Positions 42,060 through 55,221 of a DNA stretch of 64,000 bases are shown one piece after another. The notes under the pieces are model-generated. The model worked only from the letters and a program-made list of their open reading frames with translations, searched no databases and was not told the DNA's origin. The position numbers were made by a program, and so were the translations under genes. Each line of letters starts with the position of its first letter. Position 1 is the first letter of the stretch. Where the stretch lies: contig OZ024745.1 of the NCBI GenBank assembly GCA_964016885.1, positions 111,166,001 through 111,230,000 of the forward strand, read 5' to 3'. The stretch comes from Eledone cirrhosa (taxonomy: Eukaryota).

Positions 42060-43302
42060 TATAATATAAAAGAGAGATGTTTATTGATTGGTTGGTTGAT
42101 TGATTGGTTTAATTACACGTAAACTATACACACACATTTACACACACACACATACACACACATCAAAAGAGAGAGAGACACACACAGAGGGAGAGGTAGA
42201 GAGGGAGAGATAGGCTGTTATACAGAGAAGGATACAATTAAAGTGTTAGATATTCCAAGAGAGAGTGACGTCCCACAAAGGTCTAGAATCGGCTTAAACT
42301 ATAGATCAAAGTATCAGTTAAATGTTTAACAATATGGCGTTAGCTTTTATAAAGTCGTTTTACACCAGTCTTTGATTTTACAGAACACAGAAAACATTGA
42401 TACTATTTGAAATTAATCTACAGTGTATATTATTTTGAGGATAGTGTCATATTATTATTGACCTAATTCAGATGACAGAGTGTCAACCTATTCTCTAAGT
42501 CTGCTATTTGCATTCATTTCTATTTTTTTTTATATTGCTTTGTATTGTTGTTTTTTTTTTCACAATATTTTCCAAGAAAATTAATTTTGTCACCAAAACA
42601 CCACTCAGGAGGGGGGTACAATGTCTGCCAAACGGTTGAAATCTTCAAGCGAAAGAGAAATTCACAAACAATATTAAAAAAATACTTGTGAATAAAGGGA
42701 CAAGTAGAATATGAGATGGGAAACAGAAAGGTTAAGACAACAAAAAAGACGATCGCAACTTTCTGAAAGTGTGTAGAACCTGAGACAGAAAATAGAAAGA
42801 TAAAGTCAAGAAGAAAGACTATTGCAACAAATGGAGACTCAATATGAAAATCACCAAACGGCAATGACAGTTGCGATGCAAACTCAACGAGCACAATGGA
42901 ATATTCAAGGCAGAATAAACTGGCTAAGAGCTGCGTTTTCATATGATCCATCGAAGAATTATAGAAATGATCCTAAAGTCGTGATTGGTAGCATGGATAT
43001 TACACTTGGCATGTGTTGCTTAGGAGGGAAGGTCAGACTTTCACTGATAGAGGACCCTCCATCTTTTATCCATATACTGCTTATAGACTGTACTAACAAA
43101 GCTAAACATTTCAGAAGCAATGTTATGCGGTATAATGCTGTGTTTCAGCTATCATCCTTTAGAGCTGAAAAAATATCATGCTCACTATGGTTATTTCACA
43201 ACATCTAAATCCAAGGTCAATGCTACCATTTAATTGGCAGTTTACTCACCCAGCCTAATAAGGAAGTTTTATTATAGTTTTTTTTATGTCTCTCTCACTC
43301 AC

Positions 43303-43344
<42 letters not shown>

Positions 43345-43377
43345 CCAATGCAGTCATGGAGCCAGGTACCTCAGCTA

Positions 43378-43378
<1 letters not shown>
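42060..43378 (+). mobile_element. Helitron with RepHel N-terminal remnant
   Basis: ORF 42822..43208 'AAFSYDP...VVIGSMD...GMCCLGGKVRL...KHFRSNVMRYNAVFQLSSF', then frameshifted 'IQGQCYHLIGSLL'; 3' end GCCAGGTACCTCAGCTAG|T. Confidence 0.85.
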
Positions 43379-43423
<45 letters not shown>

Positions 43424-43502
43424 ATAATATTAATAAATGGAAACTATCTTTATAAAACCATATTTATTTTATTATACATATTTATTTTATTATATACATA
43501 TT

Positions 43503-43564
43503 TATTTTATTATACATATTTCAAGGGTACCAAAACTGTTGGTACGATCTCATCAGATAAAATA
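43503..43564 (-). ncRNA. hammerhead ribozyme motif (H2-related)
   Basis: Reverse strand TATTTTAT-CTGATGA-GATCGTACCAA(CAGTT)TTGGTACCCTT-GAA-ATATGTAT-A^ATAAAATA. Confidence 0.78.
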
Positions 43565-44147
43565 TAAAAGTTGTTTTACAGATAGTGACATATTCAAAAC
43601 AAGAACTTATCATTTTGAGTTCTGTTTGAATAGTGGGTTATATATATATATATATATATGGAAAGTTATATTTAAATTGTTGGGTTAACAACGAGTAAAT
43701 ATTTATAACTGATATAAAAGCACTCAACAAGTATTTGGAGTATATTTATGATATCTCTCTATATAACGGCTATTTTCTCTCTTGACTACATACATCTCTC
43801 TTTACATTAATACTAGAGCTAAATAAATAAATAAATAAATAAATGTATCAACTGATACTCAACTACCTAGTTTCTCTATCTATCTCTATCTATCTCTTTC
43901 TTTTTTCCTCTCTCTATATATCTCTCTCTGTTTCTTTACATGAAGTTCTTCTCTTTATCTATCTTTCTATATCTCTCTATATTTAGTCACATGCATTTCT
44001 TCTTTTTCTTCGTTTTTCTTTCTTTCTTTCTTTCTCTCTTTCTTTTTACAACTGTCCACAATATTTTTTACTGCCAAATCAACTTCCCAAATGCAAGTCG
44101 ATTGAAAGGTATGTCATATCTATTTATTTATAAGACTGTTTATATTG

Positions 44148-44213
44148 TATTTTGTCTGAAGAAGGCATAACATATTGTTAATATGATATCCCTGAAATAT
44201 ATATAATGAAATA
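44148..44213 (+). ncRNA. hammerhead ribozyme motif (H2-related)
   Basis: TATTTTGT-CTGAAGA-AGG...CATATT(GTT)AATATG...CCT-GAA-ATATATAT-A^ATGAAATA. Confidence 0.75.
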
Positions 44214-44250
44214 AATATGGTTTTATAAATATAGTTTCCATTTATTTAAT

Positions 44251-44321
<71 letters not shown>

Positions 44322-44355
44322 CTTCAAAATATTAATAAATTCATGTGATCAAATA

Positions 44356-44421
44356 TATTTTATTATACATATTTCAGAGATACTGAGCTATTTCAACAGT
44401 ATGTCCTCATCAGATAAAATA
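44356..44421 (-). ncRNA. hammerhead ribozyme motif (H2)
   Basis: Reverse strand TATTTTAT-CTGATGA-GGACATACTG...CAGTATCTCT-GAA-ATATGTAT-A^ATAAAATA; flanks homologous to about 9985-10150. Confidence 0.8.
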
Positions 44422-44584
44422 AGTTGATGCCTGACATACCTTGACTATGTTGATGGTTATAATTTAGTCATGGCACTCTGTATTATATATACATATATAT
44501 ATATATATAAAATACAGAGTACCCGACCTCCCATGGGTACAAGCCAAAGCTGAAGCATATAGACAATATGTCCCTGCACCCTCC

Positions 44585-44779
44585 CACTGCAAAGTGGTCG
44601 TGGAGGTGCCATGGCAAAAAAGCACCCAGCCCACACTGTAAATGAGGTTGGTGTTAGGAAGGGCATCCAGCTGTAGAAATCAAGCCAGAATCAGTTCCCA
44701 TATGAGCCGACCGGACAATGCCCACAACAGGACAACCCGTCTAACCCATGCTAGCGTGGGACGTAAAACAACAGTGATG

Positions 44780-44812
<33 letters not shown>
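44585..44812 (+). mobile_element. SINE-B 3' half with alternative tail
   Basis: SINE-B body followed by 'acccatgctagcgtgg...acgtaaaac' and (GAT)n. Confidence 0.75.
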
Positions 44813-44844
<32 letters not shown>

Positions 44845-44854
44845 GAATAAATTT

Positions 44855-45112
44855 AGTTCTTCATCAGTGATCTTCCAACCTTCATTGGTATTTCATCGCT
44901 TTAAAGACCATATACCTCCGGTTGGTGCGAGCAACGGCTAAAGAAAGTCGTTGGGACACGTAAATAAGGGGAACGAGTGAGACTGTAAACAATCAAAGAT
45001 GGTAATGCAACGAAAAGTGAGGAAGAAGGAGGCAAGTCCCAGAAATCGATGAATATAAGTTCTGTGAAATCGTGGACGAGAGAGAATAAAGACCATCAAA
45101 CCTAGTCGAAAT
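44855..45112. repeat. unclassified (TA)n-embedded dispersed repeat D
   Basis: Second copy at about 51853-52101 ('tttcatcgctttaaag.ccatatacctc.ggttggtgcga.caacggctaaa'). Confidence 0.8.
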
Positions 45113-45251
45113 ACATACTCACTTACTCACACCTATACACATATATGTTATGTAGGGAGAAAAAAAAGAGATCATAAATGTTTTTAAACATAAATACATA
45201 TACATGTATATATGAAATATAAGAATCAAAGAACTGTTCAAAACATTATTG

Positions 45252-45298
45252 TGCTTACAGCTGTTTCCTCCAAACCGAGGTTTGGATTCTTCAGAGCA
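45252..45298 (-). ncRNA. minimal hammerhead ribozyme motif (H4)
   Basis: Reverse strand TGCT-CTGAAGA-ATCCAAAC(CTCG)GTTTGGAG-GAA-ACAGCTGT-A^AGCA; A.G mismatch at the base of helix II. Confidence 0.75.
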
Positions 45299-45510
45299 AT
45301 TTATTAATGCATGGACAGTTAACTAATACATGTATATATGAATTGCTCTACGTGTATACATAAACACTCATATCTGGCATCAATGCAATACAAACCACAA
45401 CTCCTCCATCTCAATTCTACTTTTGCAAAGCATAAGAACTGTGAAACCGGTAAAGGAAATAAATAAATATTCTTAAAAAGACTCCAGTTACATTTTCGAT
45501 TTCTTTTCCT

Positions 45511-45547
<37 letters not shown>

Positions 45548-46534
45548 ATGTGTGTGTGTGCACGCGTGTGTGTGTGTGTGTGCGTGTGTGTGTGTATTTA
45601 AAGAGACAGTGTGTGTATGTTATATATATAAGCTTACAGCATGGCTATGATGTTTCAGCAAACCTTCATTAGAAAAGAAATATTTTAACCGAGTTTTTTT
45701 TCTTATCATCTGATTGGAACCATAACATATGCATATTAATTGAATATATTTATTTAAAATGAATACTTTGTATTACATATGATTTCTGTCAAATTTTGCT
45801 CGGATTTTGATAATTTGCACAATTTATTTTTGATATAATCTTGTTGCACTCTTCCTTTTTATTCTTCTCTAATTCAACTTTCCCTTCTGTCAATCTCCTT
45901 CTCTCTCTCCCCCTCTCTCTTTACCAAAGAGAGGGAGAGAAAGAGTATGTTCAATAAAAACCCAAACATGAACATATAAATGAATTATAACTGATAACTG
46001 TCATTGTTATCATCTTTTTCAGACATATATTTGCATTCTCAGCAACATACACTTAGCCAAATATCTACTACTATTTTTTTTTTTTTTTATTATCTTTTTA
46101 AGATTTCTGATATTTATTTCTAAATAATTAGCTATCATTTTTATTAAACTTATAATTATTCATGTCTTTTGATGAATTTCCTGTGCAATTAAATCTTTTT
46201 TTAATAATTTTGAAATTATTTCCGGTGTGTGAATATTTATTATTTTGAAACTAGGGTAACGATAGTTGTTGGCTTGATACCAGAGAGACCAGATTTTGCC
46301 AATATTAGTGCTTAAATGTATTGAGTGCATGATAGATTCTGATAGAGATGGATATATAAAAATTAATTTACATAATGTTAATATTTATTTATAAATACAC
46401 TGGATATTTTTCATATGAAGCATATATCATCATATTTTTAAAAAAAGCTCAATTTCAAAAGTGTAAAGGTTTTGTTTCAAACACTTACTAATTAATTTTT
46501 TTTCCGCCTTACAATCTTTGAATATTTATATTTT

Positions 46535-46705
46535 CAGACCTGTCAACTCTCCCCATCGGATGAGGAGATCTCCCTAATGTCTTCTCTTGTAAAAATGGGT
46601 ATAGCTTTCATTATGTAAAATCTCTCCATTTTGCCTCATTTCTCCCCGTTTTGGAGACTTTTTTCATGGTACTCCCCATTTGGGTTTTAGAGGTTGGCAG
46701 ATCTG
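46535..46705. mobile_element. small TIR element (MITE)
   Basis: Inverted termini CAGACCTGTCAAC / GTTGGCAGATCTG with a 6-bp flanking duplication TATTTT. Confidence 0.65.
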
Positions 46706-46829
46706 TATTTTACCCTTTTACAAGTCTGAATGAAGTATCCTTCTTATTTAATTCCAGATTGATCTGTTTGTATGTTTACAATTCATTATTTTATTCCCAT
46801 TTTTTAAGATTTAAAAATATAATTCTACA

Positions 46830-47108
46830 TTGGGATGCCTTGTTGCTTCAGCCACAAACCCGGGCTCAACTGCTTGCAATGAAGAGTCAAGGAAGATAGT
46901 TAAATATCAGGGCCAGACTCACTGCTTCCTTTTTGTACCAGTCGCCATTGAGACCTCTGAGGCTCTTGGTCCCTGCACTGCTGATTTCCTCTGTAAAATT
47001 GGAAAGACAACAACAGCCCATTTGAGGAAGGAGCCCTATGAGGTGGGGTGGCTGTTTCAGCAGGTGTCTGGCCATGCCTTTGCTATTTTGTCTATGAAGC
47101 AGAGCTGA
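46830..47108 (+). pseudogene. C-terminal RLE fragment of a CRE-like non-LTR retrotransposon
   Basis: 'SATNPGSTACNEESRKIVKY...FLFVPVAIETSEALGP...FLCKIG...WLFQQVS'. Confidence 0.72.
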
Positions 47109-48719
47109 AACACTGCTCTGACAGGGGTGTAGTGTTTGTCCCCCTCCCTCCATTTCTTTCATTGCTTAATTTTTTTCTTTTTCTTCCTTTCATTTCCTTT
47201 TTTTTTTTGTTCCCTTTAATTGTGTGTATATGTATTTTTTTTTTTTTTTGTATAGAATAAAATTTTGGCATAAATTCTACATTATTTAATCAATGAATAA
47301 ACATGCAAATTGAATGTTTTATCTTCAATAAATGTTCAGGTTTTAAGATTCAGTTTTATCTTCAATAAATGTTTAGGTTCTAAAGTACATAAAGTAGGTT
47401 CAATCTGGGAAATAAGCTTAAGTTTATACTGTCTTATGCAATAATTTCTCTAAAATTTCAAATTCGTAATTGAAAAATTTCAAAATATTCACCAAAATTT
47501 ATGTTTATACAGATGTATTTAGAGTAAGTATTTTGGGGTTAGGTGACTTGTTTAACACAAAAACACTGAAATTTAGTGTGATTAGCTCCTACTTTTCAGG
47601 TAGTATGCATGAAATATAAAACAATTCTGTATCTATAAAATAAGAAAAAGAAATATGAAAGAAGTTAAAGAGAATATCAACTGAATAAAAGTTACCATGA
47701 TCATATGGAAATACTTTTGTAATGTTAGCTTTGTTGGTTCAGTATCTAAGTGGTTTGAACACTCAATTGTCTTGCAATTCTTTATTGAATACAAGAATTT
47801 ATAAGTAACATTTATCAATATCCAAATTCCAAACAATAGTTTATAGTTACTCCATAGCAGAGTAACCTTTTACTACTGCACTGCAGTCTGCTGCAGCTTA
47901 GGGTGGTAAATAGATGTATGTATATTGATTTCATTGGAAATTATAGCCAGTATATTAGCAGTTGTTCCATCTTTTATGACCAACATAAACCCTTCAGAAG
48001 CCATTAGTGGCACCAGCATCTCCACTATTGCTGCAGAAACAACCAGCCTCACCACACCATCAACTGCCACAAGTCACTGCAACACTAATGATAGCAACAG
48101 AATCACCATCTCTTCACTCATACATTACTTGACAGTTACCAGAAACATTTCAGGATTCCAGAAATGTCATACATCCAAATGTTTGTTGTATAGATCTATG
48201 TATCAATGTTTGGATTTTTCCGCTTCAGCCAACACATGGGATTTGTCACTGCAGGTTTATATAAGTTTCAAAAGGACCATTTGACAAATAGATGTTGGCA
48301 GTAGAATACAGTGTCCAAAGCTCCCATTTTACAATAGAGAATGATTAAAATCAACTGACACTGAGACACAAGCCATAACCAGCTTCTGTTTGACTGCATA
48401 GTTTGATGCTTCATGCTTAGAAATATCACTGAAATCATTTTTTATGTAAAAGTATTTGTGAAAGAAAAGGAGAATGATTATTGAGATACAGTTTACTCTA
48501 ACACAAAAAAAAGACAATAACAAATTAGATAGAATGGAAAGGAAATGCAGTTATAAGTACATTGAAGAGCTTATACTACTTATTAGACATATATTTTCAT
48601 TTTTATATTTACTGTGTATGCTAACATGGTTGAATTGTTAATGAATAAAGTTTCAGAGAAGAGGAATATATACTAAAGCATTTTTCTCTATCTTAAATAA
48701 CAGTATACCATCAGCATTT

Positions 48720-49215
48720 TACATATGTTTTTCCATGTTTTTCCATGGATTGGTTGGGTCTTACTGTAGTCATTTGTTAAGTTCAGCTTTCACCACTTTT
48801 TTCTCTATTGCAGATTGCTTGGCACTTCTTTATGTAACTGTTATTCTCCATACCCATCAGACATCTAAACCAACACTGTCTCCTCTTTTGTACACTATCA
48901 CTGAGTCCTCTCATACACAATTTTTCTATGAACTCATATTACACAAAGCCTGTTCAACTCATTTATTTCCAGCCTTTACACATCCTCCACATTGAAAATT
49001 GATGTTGTTTCACTACCATGCAACATCACACTTCATACATAAGCATCATAAAATCTACCCTGCAATCACAGAAGGAATCAATTTGTTGCCAGCAGAGGTA
49101 ATAGCTCCTTGAACTTTTTCCACTCTGTTCTTACCTTGCTTACAATGCTTTCAGAACACCCTCCTGCACTAGTTATTTGGTCATCTAGGCAATGAAGGTC
49201 ATCACTAACTAGCAA
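48720..49215 (-). pseudogene. degenerate RTE LINE fragment
   Basis: The reverse strand encodes 'GGCSESIVSKVRTEWKKFKELLPLLA...YDAYV*SVMLHGSE'. Confidence 0.8.
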
Positions 49216-49387
49216 ACCTGCTGATTATTTGAATGCAGATGCTTTAACTTCTAATTAATCCTGTCCATCTGTAATCGTATGTGTATGTATGCATAATCAT
49301 GTAACTGTGTATATAATAAATATGTATATATATATAAAGACCTCCTTCACTCATGGATGACCATGGGATTTGCGCTTAGAAAGTTCT

Positions 49388-49725
49388 TTATTTCAAATTG
49401 TTCCAGTTTACTCAGCTGTAAAAATGAGATGATAGGACTAGGGTCCCTATCATTCCACTGCAAAGTGGTCGTGGAGGTGCCATGGCAAAAAAGCACCCAG
49501 CCCACAATGTAAAGTGGACATGTAGGCACCACGGAAAAAAAAAAGCACCCAGCACTCACTGTAAATGAGGTTGGTGTTAGGAAGGGCATCCAGCTGTAGA
49601 AATCAAGCCAGAATCCCGTATGAGCAAAACAAGGTAAGCCGACCGGACACTGCTCACAACAGCACAACCCATGCTAGCGTGGAAGAACGGACGTAAAACA
49701 GTGATGATGATGATGATGATGATGA
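49388..49725 (+). mobile_element. SINE-B, 5'-truncated, alternative tail
   Basis: Body of family B; tail 'acccatgctagcgtggaagaacggacgtaaaac'. Confidence 0.82.
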
Positions 49726-50153
49726 AAGTTCCACTTTGAGGCAAAAGCCCAGGCAAGGATTTTGGAGTTTTTTTTGTGGAAGACCAGCAGTATATATTTA
49801 TACATATATATATATATATCATCATCATCACCATTTTATGTTCGTTCTTCCACGCTATATATATATATACGCTAGTCCTTCATCAGAAGAAAGAATGAGA
49901 AATAAGATAAATTGAGTGGACGGGCGTGATGGAATTGGAAAAAATGCCTTTAGATAAAAATCACAGGTCTATTCATGTTGACATCTCTTGCAAAACTGTT
50001 GGTGCTGGCTTTTTGTGTATGGTTTGTTTTTTAGAAAAGTGGATGATGGAGCGCGTCTACCTGAAATGGAAAAAAAAAACGTTTTGTAAAAAGAGCTATA
50101 CTTGAGCACGTGCGTAAGTATATATATACATATATATATATATATATACATAT

Positions 50154-50318
50154 AAAGTGGTCGTGGAGGTGCCACGGAAAAAAAGCACCCAGCACTCACT
50201 GTAAATGAGGTTGGTGTTAGGAAAGGCATCCCAGCTGTAGAAATCAAGCCAGAATCAGTTCCCATCCCACCCTTGTAAGCAGGGAGAAGCAGACGTAAAA
50301 TGATGATGATGATGATGA
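50154..50318 (+). mobile_element. SINE-B 3' fragment
   Basis: RTE-A-type tail and (GAT)n, within (TA)n. Confidence 0.85.
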
Positions 50319-50890
50319 TATATATATATATATATTATAAAGTGAGGTTTTTTTTTACAAAATGAAAAATAACCGAGGTGTCCTACACGAGTGAAAGTAT
50401 AAAGAAAAAAAGATGAAATCTAAAATGCAACTAGAGTCTTATTTTTTTTTAAAATATATATATTTATTCAGTTCCTTTACCGGTTTCGCAGTTCTTCTGC
50501 TTTTCAAAAGTAGAGTTGAGATGGAGAGTTTGTGGTTTTTCTCACATCTGGGCTTTCCTGTATATATATATATAACAAATTTAATATAGAAATAATACAG
50601 GACTAGAACTGATGATTTCCTTCGAATGAAAGAGTTCTAATCCTGTAGAAGCCATTTTTATATTATATTTTTATATTCACTTTTTTTGTTTACTCTCTAC
50701 CTATTGAGTACCTTACTTACTGTGGTTACCCTCGATGGAACCCGGGACTCACACACACACATGTATGTATAATAAATATATATGATATATAATAGTATAT
50801 ATATTTCAAGGGCGTTGCCCCAGTATGGCTTCACCCGGATGGCTGGAACAGGTAAAAGAGTAAAAAAGTAAAAGAGTGTATATATATATA

Positions 50891-51123
50891 TATAATAACT
50901 AGAAATTGATTAACATATATCGTCTAACCCATGCTAGCGTGGAAGAACGGACGTAAAACGGTGATGATGATGATGATGATATATAAACATGAATAATCAC
51001 AGGAGATCATTTTTACAAGTGTGTAACCACCATACCTAGCTATGTGTGGTTACACACTTGTAAAAATTATCTCCTGTGATTATTCATGTTTATATATATG
51101 TTAATCAATTTCTAGTTATTATA
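50891..51123. repeat. fold-back palindrome with inserted solo retro-tail
   Basis: Arms TATAATAACTAGAAATTGATTAACATATAT[tail 50921-50980]ATAAACATGAATAATCACAGGAGAT...GTAACCAC and their reverse complement. Confidence 0.9.
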
Positions 51124-51171
51124 AAATGCTCAGACCTACTTGTTAGAATCTTGGAGCTTATTTTCTGGGTG

Positions 51172-51221
<50 letters not shown>

Positions 51222-51408
51222 GTAATCTGAGTTTTTCAAATATTAATAATAATATACGATTTGTTTGCAATTATGCAAACAAGCCTCTTTTAAGCCATGT
51301 CAGTAGAATGAGCCTCTCTTTCTTGCTCTTGTGTTGGCATGTAATTTCACTTTTGCATATATATATATGTGTGTATGTGTATATATATATATATATATAC
51401 ATATATAT

Positions 51409-51749
51409 GGAGGCACATGGCTTAGTGGTTAGAGCATTGGCCTTGCAATGGAAAGGTTGTGAGTTCAATTCTCAGACCAGGTGATGTGTTGTTTCCTTGA
51501 GCAAGACACTTTATTTCACATTGCTCCAGTTTACTCAGCTGTAGAAATGAGATGATAGGGACTGGGTTCCCTATCATTCCACTGTGGAAAAGAAAAGTGG
51601 TCGTGGAGGTGCCACGGCAAAAAAAGCACCCAGCACTCACTGTAAATGAGGTTGGTGTTAGGAAGGGCATCCGGCTGTAGAATTCAAGCCAGAATCAGTT
51701 CCCGTCCCACCCTTGCAAGCAGGGAAAAGCAGACGTAAAATGATGATGA

Positions 51750-51752
<3 letters not shown>
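51409..51752 (+). mobile_element. SINE family B
   Basis: Full length, within (TA)n. Confidence 0.9.
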
Positions 51753-51796
<44 letters not shown>

Positions 51797-52143
51797 AATA
51801 TGATAATAATGGAGCTGCGGCGTTGCAAATGGGTTACATATGAAAAAGTAAGTCCTTCATCAGTGGCCTTCCAACCATCCTAGGCATTTCATCGCTTTAA
51901 AGGCCATATACCTCAGGTTGGTGCGAACAACGGCTAAAAAAAGTCGTTGGGACACGTAAATAAAGGGGACGCTGGGGTGAACAAACAAAATGGTTTAAGC
52001 AACAGAAAGTGAGAAGAAAGAGACAAGTCCCAGATTTCTATGAATATAAACTCGGTGAAATCGTGAACGAGAGACTAAAGACCATCAAACCTGGTTGAAA
52101 TGTGAGCAAGGAAGGAATTTCGCACAGGTCTAACGGGAGGAAG

Positions 52144-52215
<72 letters not shown>

Positions 52216-54501
52216 CACTTCGCCATTTTTCATTCATATATATATATATATATTCACACATATATATATATATATATGTAAGGAATATTTCTCATTTAAG
52301 AAGAAATGCACTGCTGGAAATGAAAATAAACACTCATCGAAGAAAAGAGAGAAAAAAGAAATAATACAAAGTTGTTTTAATTGAAGAAATGAGATTCAGC
52401 ACAGAATTCCATTACTGTTAACATAATGATTCCAGCAAACCTTGAAGTTGCATATAAAAATGTCTCTTGATTCATGAATAAAATATCTTTTATTCATATA
52501 TGATTAAGTAGGGTTTGAAATAATTGGATGGTTTTTCTCTTTTATTTAAATACTATGTGATAGTTTAGCTATGTGATAGCAGTAGTATCTACACAACACT
52601 GTTTACAAGTTAAACTACTGGAACCAGATTATTTGATTTGTCAAAAGAAAATTTCCAAACTTAATTATATTATCTCTACATCAACACTATTTGTTTATAA
52701 GTCTACAAAAGTATTATAGGGGATTTTTAGCTAGAGTGGTTCTAATTTCTTATATTTTTGTTTTGATACCAATGCTGTATAGTATGTGTATATATATGTG
52801 TGTGTGAATGTGTATGCTTGTGTGTGTATATGTGTGGATGCAGTGTGTGTGTATACATGTGTATGAATGTGTGTGCATGCGTGTGTTTGCATGTATATGT
52901 GTGTTCAGGTTCATGTGTATGTGTGTTCATGTGAATGTGTATGTGTGTGCATGTACATGTATGTGTTTGCATGTGTATGTGTGCTCATGCGCATGTGTAT
53001 GCATGTATGTGTTTGTATGTGTGTGTGTGTGCGTATGTTTATACATATGTGTATGTATGCATGTGTGTGCGTATGCATATGTGTGTGTGTATGTGTATGC
53101 AAGTGTGTGTGTATAGATGTGCGTGGGCGCATACAAATGAGAGGGAGAGAAAGAAAGAGTGAGATGAGGTGAGAGATAGATAGGTAGGTGGATAGAGAGA
53201 GAGAGAGAGTGTGTGTATGAGGGAGAAAGAGAGAGTAATATAGATGAATGGTCTGGATTGACTGCAATGGTTGATGTAAATATCATATTTCATGTAAATC
53301 AATCATGCACAGGAATAAATGTCTTTTTGGAGGCAAGGCGAGGAGAAGACGGAGGGGCAGTGTTTTCTCTCTTTGTCTCTCTGTGCCATTAAATGGAGAC
53401 AGTGCCAGCAAAATATAAAGTTCGATACAATAGCACACTATTAAAACTAGAAATTCTGTATTTCAAAATTTACTGCAAGCCTCATAATGAACACATGATT
53501 GACACCAACCTAAGAGGGTTTTGATTATTGGTTCACTGAACTCTGGGATGAGGATTGGCTATGATTTCGGTTTGTATTAAAACATTTTGTTACAATATTT
53601 CTAAAGAAATACACTGCCGCCAATGTGTTTCAATTAATACTGCAAAATAATTTTTTTTTAAATTTGCTGGAATTTAATAAAATAATACAATGAGAGGAAA
53701 CATAATAATATCAATGATGATGTCACAGGTGTGTGACAAAAGAACTCTGAGAGACTGACTATATTTATATCTATATTTTTAACTGTTGGTCAATCAATGA
53801 TAAGCATTGATTGCCAGCTGAATTAATTATAGAAATATAAAATATACTGAAGCGAAAACCAACCCAAACCAAACAGTGAGTGTGTTTTATTATATTTTCT
53901 TGCAATATTATAACAACATGACCCGTCCCAACTATAACAATAAAATAATAATTTTTCCATTATTGCTATTTGGAATATATGAATTTAAAAGTTCTGACAT
54001 AAACTCTTGTTGTAATATTTAAATATATATATTACACTTCATAAGATGGCAAATTGAGAGAGTCGTTAGAATATCAAATAGAATTCTTTGTGGTATTCAT
54101 TTCAGCTCTCTGTTCTTGGAGTTCAAATCCTGCCAAGGTCAACTTTGCCTTTCATACCTCTGAGGTCAATAAAACAAGTACCAGTCTAGTACAGAGCTTT
54201 ATTTTTCCTCTGGATCTCTTTCTCACTTCTCCTTTCTCACTTTCTATCCTTCTCTGGAAGAAATCTGCTGTAGTTAGGCTTGGAGAGGTATGGACTCTGC
54301 CAGGCTTAAAATGCTCAAGAAACACTGAATATCACTATGGTGCCGCTATGACTTCATCAGTAGTTACAGGGCTATATCATAGAATACCAAATCACTTAAT
54401 ATCACAGAGCCAGAGAAAGTTTCAGGCAGGCTGGTATCAAAAAGGTTAAACATTTCTTGATTGATAATATAAGGGCAAATATATTAGTTGCATCTTAGTA
54501 A

Positions 54502-54992
54502 TTAATCCATTTGTTACCAAACCTCCTGAAGCTGTCCTTGATTTTGCAATATAAAGATGTTTATTTTAACTCTTTAGTATTTAAACCAGCCATATCCAGC
54601 CAGAATTCTCTCACCTCTTTCTGTTCAAACCAGCTGTAACCAGCCATTCATACTGATGTTAAGGTATTGTTCTCAAAATAAATAATATCAAAATCTCATA
54701 GATTCAATATTATATGAGATAATTATGTGAGGTAACGCCTTTACCATGAAAATATAATAGTATATATAGTATATAATGCTAAAGGGTTAAAGTATTTGTA
54801 TTTATCTAAATAAAAATCTCAAATCATAATTTTAATATAAGTTCTTTTGTTCAGTTATGTTCCAAACATCAGCTTAATAATGAGAAAGTTACTTATATTA
54901 CTAAATCCCTCCAAATTTTTGACTGCTTTCAAAATTATTTGAAAATCATAGTCAGTATCTTTCATTAGAAATATAGAAATAAAAGGATTGAA
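54502..54992 (+). mobile_element. MITE family B containing a family A MITE
   Basis: The family B body resumes after the TTAA at 54787-54790. Confidence 0.7.
54566..54790 (+). mobile_element. piggyBac-type MITE family A
   Basis: TTAA-flanked, family A body. Confidence 0.88.
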
Positions 54993-55177
54993 CACTTGAC
55001 ATATCAGTACTTTAAAGTTAGTTGTGATGTTTGTTAGTCTCTAAACTTTACATACACACACATACACATGCACACACACACACACACGCACACATGCACA
55101 TACACACACATGCACACGCACACACACACACACATGCACACACACACACACACACATGCACACGCACACACACACAC

Positions 55178-55221
<44 letters not shown>

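Noticed and set aside
47925-48284. Ser/Thr-rich 119-aa ORF
   Set aside because: Non-ATG start, no recognisable domain and no clear splice sites.
50596-50646. CTGATGA...GAAA inside the hairpin ACAGGACTAGAACT/AGTTCTAATCCTGT
   Set aside because: Lacks a UH cleavage site and helix III; at best a damaged remnant.
51409-51480. tRNA genes at SINE heads
   Set aside because: A/B boxes are present but continue into SINE bodies; no complete cloverleaf.
51805-51870. Hammerhead in repeat D (minus strand CTGATGAAGGACTTAC...GTAA)
   Set aside because: No GAAA or closing helix I (GCAA instead), and the other copy is truncated at this point.
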